Part shown: one piece after another, positions 47,887 through 57,514 of the stretch
How the letters are laid out: every line of letters starts with the position of its first letter
Numbering within the stretch: the first letter of the stretch is position 1
Source of the DNA: an uncultured Bacilli bacterium
Lineage (GTDB): Bacteria; Bacillota_I; Bacilli_A; RF39; UBA660
DNA length: 64,000 bases
Direction: 5' to 3'
Assembly (NCBI GenBank): GCA_949425635.1
Contig: CASPWD010000010.1
Coordinates: 6,194-70,193, forward strand
The notes under the pieces: model-generated
Told to the model about the DNA's origin: nothing
Databases searched by the model: none
The model's input: only the letters and a program-made list of their open reading frames with translations
Position numbers and translations under genes: made by a program

Positions 47887-47960
47887 TGGTGCCCCAAGTA
47901 AGAATCGGACTTACGACTAATCATTACCATTGATTTGTTATACCACTTAACTAAAGGGGC
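47887..47960 (-). tRNA. tRNA-Thr(GGU)-like gene with encoded CCA and atypical acceptor stem and T-loop
   Basis: Hand fold: GCCCCUU-UA-GUUA-AGUGGUA-UAAC-A-AAUCA-AUGGUAA-UGAUU-AGUC-GUAAG-UCCGAUU-CUUAC-UUGGGGC-A-CCA. The D, anticodon and T stems pair perfectly. Pairs 6:67 and 7:66 are U-U, and position 55 is C. Confidence 0.6.
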
Positions 47961-47972
47961 TTTGATATATTT

Positions 47973-47981
47973 ATTATATCA
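47973..47981 (-). promoter_or_regulatory. Extended -10 promoter (TGaTATAAT) of the stand-alone tRNA
   Basis: Minus strand TGATATAAT ends 12 nt upstream of the tRNA 5' end. Confidence 0.5.
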
Positions 47982-48002
47982 TAATTGTTTCGTTTCTTTA
48001 TA

Positions 48003-48551
48003 TTATTTTTGTACTTCTCTTTGAACAGCATCAACATATGTTATTTTTTCACAACTTACTTCTTTTTGGTTTACATTATATCCTTCTGGGCATGTTATTT
48101 CTGGTTTCTTTTCATCCGCAAATTCACATAGTTTACCATTAAGTGTTCCTGTAGGACAATGGTATTCGTAACTACGATATTTTATTTCTTTACATTCACC
48201 ATTGTATGTGCTTGTGCCTTCAGGACATTTACCATTTTCTTTTTCGTAAGTTTTTTCACTAACACATTTACCACTAGTTAATTTATAGCCTTCTTTACAA
48301 ACATATTTACCTGGAGCTGATACGGAAATTATATTAGCACATGTCTTTAGATTCTCATTATAAGGGAATCCTTCTGGACATGTTACTTCAGGTTCTGCAT
48401 TTTCTACTATTTTGCATCTACTTCCATAAACTTCTCCTTTTTCGCAGTAAAGTTCCATTTCGATTTCGACTACTGCATTACTTGGACTTGCACAACTACA
48501 TAATATTAAACTTAATAAACATAATATACTTATTTTCTTCATTTTAGACAC
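48003..48551 (-). CDS. Cys-rich lipoprotein with five C-P-E-G-type repeats
   Basis: Lipobox LILCSC. Repeats TCPEGFPYNENLKTC, YVCKEGYKLTSGKC, GKCPEGTSTYNGEC, HCPTGTLNGKLC, TCPEGYNVNQKEVSC. Confidence 0.65.
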   Translation of the reverse strand: MSKMKKISILCLLSLILCSCASPSNAVVEIEMELYCEKGEVYGSRCKIVENAEPEVTCPEGFPYNENLKTCANIISVSAPGKYVCKEGYKLTSGKCVSEKTYEKENGKCPEGTSTYNGECKEIKYRSYEYHCPTGTLNGKLCEFADEKKPEITCPEGYNVNQKEVSCEKITYVDAVQREVQK

Positions 48552-48624
48552 CTCTACTATCTATAAGTATATTAATATATTGATATAAAATCAACTAATT
48601 ATACTTTTACTTTACTAATTTAGG

Positions 48625-48650
48625 GCAAAAAAAAACTACTAAAAGTAGTT
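48625..48650 (-). terminator. Rho-independent terminator after rpmF
   Basis: Stem aactact/agtagtt followed by T8 on the minus strand. Confidence 0.7.
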
Positions 48651-48658
48651 AGTTAAAA

Positions 48659-48853
48659 CTATTCTTCAGTAGCGTCTGTTGCAACAGTTATTACTTCTTT
48701 ACCTTTGTAATAACCACATTTCATACATGCACGATGAGGTTGGATTGTTGCACCACATTTTGGACATTTAGTTAAAGTTCCAACTTCTTTTTTTAAGTGA
48801 GTACGACGCATTCTTTTTTTAGTTTTACTTGTTCTTCTAAAAGGAACTGCCAT
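48659..48853 (-). CDS. rpmF: 50S ribosomal protein L32 (zinc-ribbon form)
   Basis: [19 protein letters not shown], and CPKCG...CMKCG. Start at 48853; the track's N-terminal extension is rejected. Confidence 0.92.
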   Translation of the reverse strand: MAVPFRRTSKTKKRMRRTHLKKEVGTLTKCPKCGATIQPHRACMKCGYYKGKEVITVATDATEE

Positions 48854-48857
48854 GATT

Positions 48858-49337
48858 TCACTCCTTCCCTTCTTTTTCAAGTAGCTCTAACAAAGGAGCT
48901 AATCTTGGATCTAACTTATTTCTTTCTTCATCAACTAGTTCCCAACCGTCACCTTCAAGATTATATTTTTTATTAGGATCTTTACGAACACTAATTGGGA
49001 CCTCTAGTACAATATTTTGCCATAAAATATCGATAATATCAAGTGTTTTTAGTTGATTTTGGTCTTTTTCATCATCATTTTCGCTTAAAATTTCAGAAAT
49101 TTCGAAATTAAAAGGATATTCGACCTCGCTTAAGTCCATTGCGTCAAGCAAAATCATAGTCCCTTCTACGTGACAATCAAAGACGATTTCATTAGTAATA
49201 CTATAATATGCTTTGCCTTGAACCTTAACATTATCTAATTTTTTTATAGGTGTATTTTTAATATATTCTTCATCAAAAGAAATAGTATCATCAATTACAA
49301 TACCTTTTTCGTCTACTTTTGCTAAATCTATATACAT
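48858..49337 (-). CDS. yceD: YceD/DUF177-family protein (large-subunit rRNA accumulation protein)
   Basis: 159-aa acidic protein immediately upstream of rpmF, which is the conserved pairing. C-terminal DPRLAPL motif. Confidence 0.75.
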   Translation of the reverse strand: MYIDLAKVDEKGIVIDDTISFDEEYIKNTPIKKLDNVKVQGKAYYSITNEIVFDCHVEGTMILLDAMDLSEVEYPFNFEISEILSENDDEKDQNQLKTLDIIDILWQNIVLEVPISVRKDPNKKYNLEGDGWELVDEERNKLDPRLAPLLELLEKEGKE

Positions 49338-49428
49338 AAAATCACCTACTAGCTAATCAATTATATCAACTTTTCTTGAATATTACAACTTCTTATAATA
49401 AAATTAGTTATATAAAGAAGGCGATAAA

Positions 49429-50547
49429 ATGAAGGTAATTGGAGTAATTGCAGAATATAATCCTTTACATAATGGACATTTATATCATTTGAGTCAAATT
49501 AAGGAGATGTATCCTGACTTGCTAGTTGTTTTGGTCGTAAATGGTTATTTTACACAAAGAGGAGATATTTCTGTACTGAGCAAGGAAGATAAGACAAGAT
49601 TATCTTTAGATGCTGGAGTTGATATTGTACTAGAGTTGCCATTTGTATATGGAACACAAGCTAGTGATATTTTTGGTTATGTAAGTGTTAAGATTCTTAA
49701 TGAATTAAATGTCGACTCAATTGTATTTGGTAGTGAATCAAATAATATAGAATTGCTTAATAAAGTTGTTGATATACAACTTAATGACCAAATGTATGAA
49801 GAAAATGTAAAAAAATATTTAAGTTTAGGTGATAATTATCCTACAGCTATGCGTAAGGCTTTAAATATTGATGACGATATAAGTAAACCAAATGATTTAC
49901 TTGGTATTTCTTATATTAAGGCGATTAGAAAGATAAATCCAAATATTAAAGCTGAAACTATTCAAAGAACTAGCGATTACCATGATATTTTATCTAATGA
50001 TTCAGTAATTAGTGCTAGTAATATTAGAGGGAAATTAAAAATTGGTGAAGATATTAGTAATTATGTACCTGAAAATGTTTTACCTTCTATAAGAAATATA
50101 AGTAATGATAGTTTATTTAACTTGCTTAAGTTTAAAATATTAACTGATAAGGATTTAAGTATCTACTTAGATGTTGACGAAGGTATTGAATATCGTATTT
50201 TAAAATATGTAAATAACTCTAAAACACTTGATGAATTAATTAGTAATATTAAAACTAAAAGGTATACTTATAATAAAATAAGTCGTATGTTACTTCATAT
50301 ATTGATTGGTTTAACTAAGGAAGATAATAGAAAACTAAAGTTAGACTATATTAAGATACTAGGTTTTAATGAACGTGGTAAAGAATACCTAAATGGAATA
50401 AAGAAAGATATATCTTTACCTACTACACCAGTTAAGGATTCCCTACTTTATAGTTATGAGCTTAAGAGTGCTTATTTATATGAACAAGCGTTAAAAGAAA
50501 GTTTAAATAATTTTGATTTAAAGAATATTCCAGTACAAATAAAATAG
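49429..50547 (+). CDS. tmcAL: tRNA(Met) cytidine acetate ligase (UPF0348/YlbM family)
   Basis: MKVIGVIAEYNPLHNGHLYHL (HxGH nucleotidyltransferase motif). About 370 aa. Confidence 0.8.
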   Translation: MKVIGVIAEYNPLHNGHLYHLSQIKEMYPDLLVVLVVNGYFTQRGDISVLSKEDKTRLSLDAGVDIVLELPFVYGTQASDIFGYVSVKILNELNVDSIVFGSESNNIELLNKVVDIQLNDQMYEENVKKYLSLGDNYPTAMRKALNIDDDISKPNDLLGISYIKAIRKINPNIKAETIQRTSDYHDILSNDSVISASNIRGKLKIGEDISNYVPENVLPSIRNISNDSLFNLLKFKILTDKDLSIYLDVDEGIEYRILKYVNNSKTLDELISNIKTKRYTYNKISRMLLHILIGLTKEDNRKLKLDYIKILGFNERGKEYLNGIKKDISLPTTPVKDSLLYSYELKSAYLYEQALKESLNNFDLKNIPVQIK

Positions 50548-50570
50548 AGACAATTTGATTATATTTGTCC

Positions 50571-50885
50571 CTATTTTTTTATGTTTTTAGAATCATAAAT
50601 CATATTGTTTTCTTTTAGAAAGTTAAAAAAGTTTATGTTAGATTTTTTTAGTAAATGTATTGTAATTATCATTAATATTACTGTAACTATGAGTATAATA
50701 AGACTTATTATGAAATTAATATAAGCCATTCCTACCATGCTTAAGATAGATATTATTCCTAAGATTACATAGATAATGTAAAGATGAATCGAATATTTAT
50801 AGTAAGTACTACACTCATTTTTATATTTTCTTCTAATAGCATTTTGTTCTTTTTCACTTAAATCATGAAATATTTTTTTAGACAT
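50571..50885 (-). CDS. Small two-TM membrane protein
   Basis: Two hydrophobic helices (IIYVILGIISILSMVGMAY, IISLIILIVTVILMIITI). Confidence 0.45.
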   Translation of the reverse strand: MSKKIFHDLSEKEQNAIRRKYKNECSTYYKYSIHLYIIYVILGIISILSMVGMAYINFIISLIILIVTVILMIITIHLLKKSNINFFNFLKENNMIYDSKNIKK

Positions 50886-50887
50886 TC

Positions 50888-51229
50888 TTAAAAGTTAGCT
50901 CCATTCCAACCCCAGTTATCATATTCACTATAACTAATATAAATACGATTAGGTTGTATATCTAATTCTTCACTAATTATTTTAGTTACTTCATTAGTCA
51001 TATTATTAAAAGATTCACTTGTTCCATGACCATAGATTTTTATATCTATATAAGCGATTTTTTCCTCATTATTGCCAGCAAAATATAGGTGACATTTTTC
51101 ATTAAAGTCTAGCATGAGCCAGTCTTCACTTTTACCAAGAACTTTAATAGCTTCTCCTAGTCTTTCTTTTATTCTAAGTTCTTTTTCTTCATTTATTTCT
51201 GTGTTTGTTCTTGTATGTATATATGGCAT
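50888..51229 (-). CDS. Tautomerase-superfamily protein, MIF/phenylpyruvate tautomerase-like
   Basis: MPYIHTRTN provides the catalytic Pro1. 113 aa. C-terminal NWGWNGANF is typical of MIF-like proteins. Confidence 0.55.
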   Translation of the reverse strand: MPYIHTRTNTEINEEKELRIKERLGEAIKVLGKSEDWLMLDFNEKCHLYFAGNNEEKIAYIDIKIYGHGTSESFNNMTNEVTKIISEELDIQPNRIYISYSEYDNWGWNGANF

Positions 51230-51277
51230 TTTATCACTCTCCTAAAAGTATTATAGCACAATAAAAGATAAGAAATA

Positions 51278-51871
51278 TTACTTCTTACCCTTATGCTTAA
51301 ATAAAATTATATGTTCAATAATAACTAAGATTAATAAAATAGCTATAGCAACGTATAGAAAATTATTTTTAGACATTGTTTCATATTCTAATAATTCTAC
51401 TTTGTATCCATTAATTAATTCACAAACTGATTCATCATCACTAATTTTTATAGTGTTACCTAGAATATAAATTGATGCAGGGATTTCTTCATTAAATTGA
51501 ACTTCTATGTTTATATTAGCAAGAGATTCTCCTTTTTTTAATTCAATATCATTATTAATTGTATATTTTACATTACTATAGTTATTGCTGTCTTTTAGTT
51601 TATCAATTGTTACATTATTAAGGTTTTTATTTTCAATATTTTTAATAGTTATAGTAAAGTTATCTTGGTTTTCAATCTTACCTAGAGTATATTCACTAAT
51701 TAATTTAGACATTCCACCATCATTTGTACTAACTATATTTATAGGGACTATTAAGGTATTGTCTTTAATAACGCCACATTTATTAGTTAGAGCAATTAAA
51801 TTGGCTGGTTCTTTAGCATTAACAGGAATAATTAGGAAAAACAAAATAATGATATAAATAATTTTTTTCAT
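51278..51871 (-). CDS. Secreted protein with C-terminal TM anchor, unknown function
   Basis: Signal peptide ...FFLIIPVNA|KEP. C-terminal hydrophobic helix plus KHKGKK. No LPXTG-like motif. Confidence 0.5.
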   Translation of the reverse strand: MKKIIYIIILFFLIIPVNAKEPANLIALTNKCGVIKDNTLIVPINIVSTNDGGMSKLISEYTLGKIENQDNFTITIKNIENKNLNNVTIDKLKDSNNYSNVKYTINNDIELKKGESLANINIEVQFNEEIPASIYILGNTIKISDDESVCELINGYKVELLEYETMSKNNFLYVAIAILLILVIIEHIILFKHKGKK

Positions 51872-51926
51872 AAAATCACCAATATTTATTATAATACATA
51901 TTAATTATATTTAAAGAAAAAAACTC

Positions 51927-52349
51927 TCATATTTCTTTGCCAGTAGTTTTGATATATTCATTTATATAATCTTCATATGTCTGATGATTTTCTTCTTTTG
52001 GGTAGTTTGATGACTTTAATAGCTTATTAGCAATTTTTCTATTATTTTCTTTATATTGATTATTTAAATGAACACGATAGATTTCGTAAGTAGTATAGTC
52101 AATATATTCACCATCTTTAGTCAGAAACATATCCTCTATATCAAAATAACTATACCAATTCGTTATGATATCTAGTTGCTTTTGATCATTCAAATTTATC
52201 TTCTTATCTATAATCAAATTATATATTTCATTTTTGGTAAAATCGTCATTTAAAGTATCACTTTTTATACTATTAGATATATTATTAGATACCAAGATTG
52301 ATATAAATAAGATACTCATTCCTATTATAAGTATATTTCGTTTTTTCAT
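51927..52349 (-). CDS. Membrane-anchored or secreted small protein, unknown function
   Basis: N-terminal MKKRNILIIGMSILFISILV. The start among three ATGs is uncertain. Confidence 0.45.
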   Translation of the reverse strand: MKKRNILIIGMSILFISILVSNNISNSIKSDTLNDDFTKNEIYNLIIDKKINLNDQKQLDIITNWYSYFDIEDMFLTKDGEYIDYTTYEIYRVHLNNQYKENNRKIANKLLKSSNYPKEENHQTYEDYINEYIKTTGKEI

Positions 52350-52440
52350 ATTCATCACTTTTATAAATATATAATATAAGTAAATCGATTTAAGTCGAAA
52401 AAAATACTCTTACAAAAGTAAAAGTATTTTTAAGTTTTAT

Positions 52441-53259
52441 TTATTTTTGACATTTTTCGCAGTAGTAAGTACTTCTACCACCTACTACGATTCTTTTAAT
52501 GATAGTACCACAGACTTTACATTCTTCATTTTCTCTTTTATGAACCATTAAGTTTTGTTGAAAACGACCTGTAACTCCTAAACTTGAAGTATAACTACGA
52601 ATAGTTGTTCCACCACATTTAATAGCTTCTTTAATTATGCTATTTGAACTTTCAACAATTCTATCGCATTCGTCCATAGATATTTCTGTTCCTAATTTTA
52701 CTGGATTAATGCCTGCAGCAAATAAAACTTCATCAGCGTAGATATTACCAAGTCCTGATATTATGGTTTGGTCTAGTAATAAAGTTTTCATAGGTAATTT
52801 ACGTGATTTAAAGTTTTCGTACAGATATTCTTTAGATAAACTTGGATCAATTGGTTCTATTCCCTGTTTTCTAACACCTTCAACTGTATCAAGTTTATCT
52901 TTTAATACGAGATTCATACGTCCAAATTTACGGGTGTCATGGTACCTTAAATCTGTACCGTCTTCAAAAGTAAAAATAATATGTTCATGCTTAGCTATCT
53001 CTTCTGTATCATCTTTAATAAAGTATTTGCCTTCCATTCTTAAATGACTACATAAATAGTAATCACCTATTTCGAAAATAAGCCATTTGCCTTTTCTTAA
53101 AATATCAGTGAATTCTAAACCGATTAAGTTTTTCTTGAATTCTTCTAAATCAGATTCAACAATTCTATCATATAAAACATTAACGTTTTTTATTTTTTTT
53201 CTTAGTATTCTTTTTCTTAGGGTCTGTCTTACTGTTTCCACTTCTGCTATTTCTGGCAT
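52441..53259 (-). CDS. mutM: Formamidopyrimidine-DNA glycosylase
   Basis: MPEIAEVETV (Pro2/Glu3), H2TH segment, and C-terminal zinc finger CKVCG...YYCEKCQ. Confidence 0.92.
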   Translation of the reverse strand: MPEIAEVETVRQTLRKRILRKKIKNVNVLYDRIVESDLEEFKKNLIGLEFTDILRKGKWLIFEIGDYYLCSHLRMEGKYFIKDDTEEIAKHEHIIFTFEDGTDLRYHDTRKFGRMNLVLKDKLDTVEGVRKQGIEPIDPSLSKEYLYENFKSRKLPMKTLLLDQTIISGLGNIYADEVLFAAGINPVKLGTEISMDECDRIVESSNSIIKEAIKCGGTTIRSYTSSLGVTGRFQQNLMVHKRENEECKVCGTIIKRIVVGGRSTYYCEKCQK

Positions 53260-54088
53260 CTTGTTTCAAGCTCCTTACTTTTTGTTTTACTTTAGTTGTT
53301 TTTCCACTAACTAGATTTATTTTTACTACATCAGCTATTTTTAATAAATAATCTTGTAATGTTACAATAAATGTATTTATATCAATCATACTTATTCCGT
53401 CTTTTAAAGCAATATTACAAGTTGCCTTTTTAATTCCACCGAATGCTGTAATTTCTAAACTTTCTAATTTTTTGATTTCTTCTCTATTGGTAATTTCACT
53501 TTTGTATTCATCAGTTATTGGAGAATCCTTTTCTTCTAAATATTTAATGCTATTAATAATAACTTTTACACCTTTTATTATAACTAATAAAGATAAAATT
53601 ATAACTCCTAAATTGTCAGCATATTTTAAGATTTCAATCCATCTGCTTAATTTGCTTAAAACTAAAGCTCCTAAGATTACTCCATAACTTATAAAATCTA
53701 CGTTACTTCCAATACGTCCTAATGTAAGTAAACCTTTTTTCTTTTGATAACTAACATTTGTATAGAAGCAACTTATAATATATCTGATTACTAGTGATAG
53801 TAAAACAAATAATATTATAAAAAATGATGTTTTATTATAGCCGTTTAAGAAACTCAAAAATATTATACCAATTCCTAGAAGAACCATAATTAATCCTAGA
53901 AATGAGCTGATAATTCCTTTTAGTTTGCTATTTTCTTTTGTTTTTAATGTTACTAAGGTTGCTACAATTAATGCTACATCATAAACTGCACTTGCTATCA
54001 TAGTATATGAATTACATAGTAATCCTCCAAGTACCTTAACTAATAAAATAATAAAGTCTGCTATTATAAATGCTTTTACTTCTTTCAT
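53180..54088 (-). CDS. Cation diffusion facilitator (CDF)-like membrane protein with a poly-basic tail overlapping mutM
   Basis: Six TM segments plus a cytoplasmic alpha/beta domain. The TM2 (AVYDV) and TM5 (NVDFIS) metal-site positions are partly degenerate. RBS AGGAGGG precedes the ATG at 54088. The last 80 nt overlap mutM. Confidence 0.5.
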   Translation of the reverse strand: MKEVKAFIIADFIILLVKVLGGLLCNSYTMIASAVYDVALIVATLVTLKTKENSKLKGIISSFLGLIMVLLGIGIIFLSFLNGYNKTSFFIILFVLLSLVIRYIISCFYTNVSYQKKKGLLTLGRIGSNVDFISYGVILGALVLSKLSRWIEILKYADNLGVIILSLLVIIKGVKVIINSIKYLEEKDSPITDEYKSEITNREEIKKLESLEITAFGGIKKATCNIALKDGISMIDINTFIVTLQDYLLKIADVVKINLVSGKTTKVKQKVRSLKQDARNSRSGNSKTDPKKKNTKKKNKKR

Positions 54089-54098
54089 TTTAACCCTC

Positions 54099-56663
54099 CT
54101 ACTTTGCTTCGTACCAATCAGTACCATAGTCACTACTTACTTTGAATGGAACACTTAACTTAACACAAGTTTCCATATTTCTTTTTACTAGTTCTTCTAG
54201 TGTTTCTTTTTCACTATTTACAACGTCGAATATCAATTCATCGTGAACTTGAAGTAACATTTTACTTTTTAAATTTTTAGATTTCATTTCTTCAAAAATT
54301 TTAACCATAGCTATCTTCATTATATCCGCTGACGTTCCTTGAATTGGTGTATTAAGAGCTATTCTTTCACCACTTTGTCTTACCATGAAGTTTTTATTTT
54401 GTAATTCATCAATAACTCTTTTTCTATTAAATAATGTTTTTACATAACCATCACGATAAGCTTCAAATACTATGTTATCCATATAATTTTTAACACCAGG
54501 ATATAACTCATAGTATTTATTTATGAATTCTTTCGCTTCTTTAGCGCTTATTTCCAAGTTTTCTCCTAGTCCGAAGCCACTGATTCCATAAACAATACCA
54601 AATATAACAGCTTTAGCAGTTTTTCTTTGTAGTTTCGTTACTTCTTCCATTGGAACATTATAAATGTCACTAGCTACTCTAGTATGAATGTCTTCGTCGT
54701 TTATAAATGCTTGTTGAAGTTCTGGAGAACCACTTACATGAGCTAGAACTCTTAATTCCATTTGCGAATAATCAGCACTTAAGAAGACGTCGTTTACTGG
54801 TAAGAAAGCTTTTCTTATCTTACGTCCTTCTTCATCACGAGCTGGGATATTTTGAAGATTTGGTTCAACTGATGAAAGACGTCCTGTTCTTGTTAAGTTT
54901 TGTTTATATATCGTATGAATTTTTCCATCTTCTCTTATGAAATTAGTTAATCCTTCAAGATATGTACTTTTTATTTTAGCAAGTCCTCTATATTCAAGGA
55001 TTTTATTTATAATTGGATGCTTATCAACTAGCTTGTTTAAGATACTAACATCTGTTTTATAACCTGTTTTCGTTTTTTTGGCGAATGGGAGTTCTAACTT
55101 TTCAAATAGAATAACACCTAGTTGCTTAGGACTACTTATATTAAATTCTTCACCAGCTAAGTTATATACTTCTTGTTCTAATTCAGAAATTCTTGTAGAC
55201 ATGTCTGTTTCCATTGCTTTTAAGATATTAGCATCTACTCTTACGCCATCATATTCCATGTTGGCTAAAACAGTAACTAAAGGCATTTCAATACTTTCAA
55301 ATAAATCAAGCATTTCCTCTTTTTCTAGTGCATTTTTATATTCTGGACTTTTGTCATAAATAAAGCGAGCTTTTAAGACAATATCTTTTTTATCGAAACC
55401 ATTTTTTAAGCTATGTTGATAGAAGTTTACTTCACATCCTGAGTTATTCATTAAATATGCTATATCGTCTTTGATGTTCATGTTAAGTAAGTAAGCAGCA
55501 ATCATAGCATCGAAGGTAGAATCTATAATCATTCCTTCTTTTTTTAGTAAACAATAATTTTTTTTATGGTCAAATGTATAAATTTCTTTTTTAGCTATAA
55601 GAGGCATTATTTCTTCAATTAAGGTATTATTTATAAAATAATTGTTTTTACTATCACAAACGGCAATACCGACAATATCACCATCATGATAATTTTCTCT
55701 GTCGCATTCTATGTAAAGACTGATTTTATCTTCTAATTTATCTAAATCGCTAGCACTTTTGACATTATGGAATTTAATATCATTTTCAACAGTTGCACTA
55801 TTTGCCATATTTTTCTTTATAAATGAATAAAATTCTAATTCTTCATATATTTTATTAAGTTCTAATAAGTTTGGACCTTTATATACAACTTCGTCTAGAG
55901 TTACATTTAGAGGAACATCACGATAAATTGTTGCTATTTCTTTACTAATAAAAGCACTTTCTTTATCAGCAATAAGTTTTTCTTGTAATTTGCCTTTTAT
56001 ACAATCGATATTTTCATAAATATCTTCAATTGTGTCATATTGTTTCAAAAGATTTATAGCTGTCTTATCACCAACGCCTTTTACTCCTGGAATATTATCA
56101 GAAGCATCCCCTGCTAAAGCTTTATAATCTATCATTCTAATTGGTTCAAATCCCCAATCGTCTTTAAATGAAGTTGGATTATACCTTATATAGTCTTTTT
56201 GTTTTAGTAATTTAACATCTACTACATCGCTTATTAATTGTAAAAGGTCTTTATCTGAACTTATTATAGTTGCATCATATTCAGGATCTTCTTCACACAT
56301 TTTAGCGAATGTTCCAATAATATCATCAGCTTCATATGGTTCTAATTCAAAATATTGTATTCCCATAGCGTTAAGAATTTGCCTTGCAATTGGCATTTGC
56401 ATTTTTAGTTCATCTGGTGTTGCTTGACGACCATCTTTATAAGTTTCATATTTTTGTTTTCTAAAGTTTTTTCCTATATCAAAAGCTACTGCTACATAAA
56501 CAGGTTTCTCTTCTGATATTATTTTATTCATCATTCCTACAAAGCCATATAGAGCATTGGTTGGAAATCCTTTACTATTTTTCATTACATTTCCTGTGTA
56601 AGCTGTGGCATAATAACTTCTAAACATTAAGTTATTTCCATCGACAAGAATTACTTTTTTCAT
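54099..56663 (-). CDS. polA: DNA polymerase I
   Basis: 5'-nuclease region VILVDGNNLMFRSYYA. Pol motifs LSADYSQMELRVLAH, RKTAKAVIFGIVYG and LLQVHDELIF. RBS GGTGG precedes the ATG at 56663. Confidence 0.95.
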   Translation of the reverse strand: MKKVILVDGNNLMFRSYYATAYTGNVMKNSKGFPTNALYGFVGMMNKIISEEKPVYVAVAFDIGKNFRKQKYETYKDGRQATPDELKMQMPIARQILNAMGIQYFELEPYEADDIIGTFAKMCEEDPEYDATIISSDKDLLQLISDVVDVKLLKQKDYIRYNPTSFKDDWGFEPIRMIDYKALAGDASDNIPGVKGVGDKTAINLLKQYDTIEDIYENIDCIKGKLQEKLIADKESAFISKEIATIYRDVPLNVTLDEVVYKGPNLLELNKIYEELEFYSFIKKNMANSATVENDIKFHNVKSASDLDKLEDKISLYIECDRENYHDGDIVGIAVCDSKNNYFINNTLIEEIMPLIAKKEIYTFDHKKNYCLLKKEGMIIDSTFDAMIAAYLLNMNIKDDIAYLMNNSGCEVNFYQHSLKNGFDKKDIVLKARFIYDKSPEYKNALEKEEMLDLFESIEMPLVTVLANMEYDGVRVDANILKAMETDMSTRISELEQEVYNLAGEEFNISSPKQLGVILFEKLELPFAKKTKTGYKTDVSILNKLVDKHPIINKILEYRGLAKIKSTYLEGLTNFIREDGKIHTIYKQNLTRTGRLSSVEPNLQNIPARDEEGRKIRKAFLPVNDVFLSADYSQMELRVLAHVSGSPELQQAFINDEDIHTRVASDIYNVPMEEVTKLQRKTAKAVIFGIVYGISGFGLGENLEISAKEAKEFINKYYELYPGVKNYMDNIVFEAYRDGYVKTLFNRKRVIDELQNKNFMVRQSGERIALNTPIQGTSADIMKIAMVKIFEEMKSKNLKSKMLLQVHDELIFDVVNSEKETLEELVKRNMETCVKLSVPFKVSSDYGTDWYEAK

Positions 56664-56740
56664 TTTTACCACCTTGTTAAATATTATAACAGAAAATAGT
56701 TGTTTTAACTTCATTTTTATACGAAATTTCTTATTTTAGC

Positions 56741-56771
56741 AAGAAAAAAGAACAAAATTATTTTTGCTCTT
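56741..56771 (-). terminator. Rho-independent terminator after the amidotransferase-like gene
   Basis: 10-bp stem (one G-U pair) aagaacaaaa/ttttgctctt, then TTTTCTT on the minus strand. Confidence 0.6.
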
Positions 56772-56842
56772 TTAAACACTGGTTTAAATAGTAGATATTT
56801 AAGAAATATCTTTTTCATTTTATTGTGAGAAAATATGTTGAT

Positions 56843-57514
56843 TTACTTGGTGCATTCTTTAATAAACGTGTCAAAAACATTTTTAAATTGTGGTAATATT
56901 TCAGGATGAAATTGAACTCCTATTATAAATTTATCATTTTCTTTGTACTCTATACCTTCAATAAGTCCATCTTCTGATTTAGCTGATATTATAAATTCAC
57001 TTCCAACTTCTGTTATAGTACTTTTATGGACACTATTCACTATTACTTCTTTAGTACCAATAATATTGAATAGTTTGGTATTTTCTTTGATTAGCAATTT
57101 GTGAGCTAAGTCTTCATTATTTTCTCTTTGTAATTCTATAGGATGATGATCAACACCATTATCGATACGTTTCAAAATCTTTTTATCTTCATCTTTAACT
57201 GAATACATAGCAATTGTTTGCATACCTAAACAAATTCCCAAAATTGGTTTGTTGTTCTTGTAGAAGTAATCGATAATTTCGAAACTTACTGGTCTTACTC
57301 TATTACCTCCAGGTAATAATAATCCATCACAGATATCTAGAGTATCTGGTATAATTTCTTCATTCATTAAGGGAATAAAATATGGAATTCCACCACACTC
57401 AACTATCTTTTTTACATAGTTATTCCCATATCTATATGTATCTTGAAAAGTGTCGTTTGTTAACATATAATTACTAGTTGCAAATATTCCTATAATGGGT
57501 TTATTTTTTAACAT
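56843..57514 (-). CDS. Class-I glutamine amidotransferase-like, peptidase C26 / gamma-glutamyl hydrolase family
   Basis: Nucleophile elbow ILGICLGMQ and GVQFHPE His-Glu motif. RBS GGAG precedes the ATG at 57514. Confidence 0.8.
   Translation of the reverse strand: MLKNKPIIGIFATSNYMLTNDTFQDTYRYGNNYVKKIVECGGIPYFIPLMNEEIIPDTLDICDGLLLPGGNRVRPVSFEIIDYFYKNNKPILGICLGMQTIAMYSVKDEDKKILKRIDNGVDHHPIELQRENNEDLAHKLLIKENTKLFNIIGTKEVIVNSVHKSTITEVGSEFIISAKSEDGLIEGIEYKENDKFIIGVQFHPEILPQFKNVFDTFIKECTK

Noticed and set aside
41248-48002. A genomic island or prophage remnant integrated at the tRNA-Thr-like gene.
   Set aside because: No integrase, recombinase, transposase or phage structural gene is present. 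By eye I found no direct repeat of the tRNA 3' half on the far side of the cluster. The region's composition looks like the rest of the window. I keep it only as a weak possibility within the operon finding.
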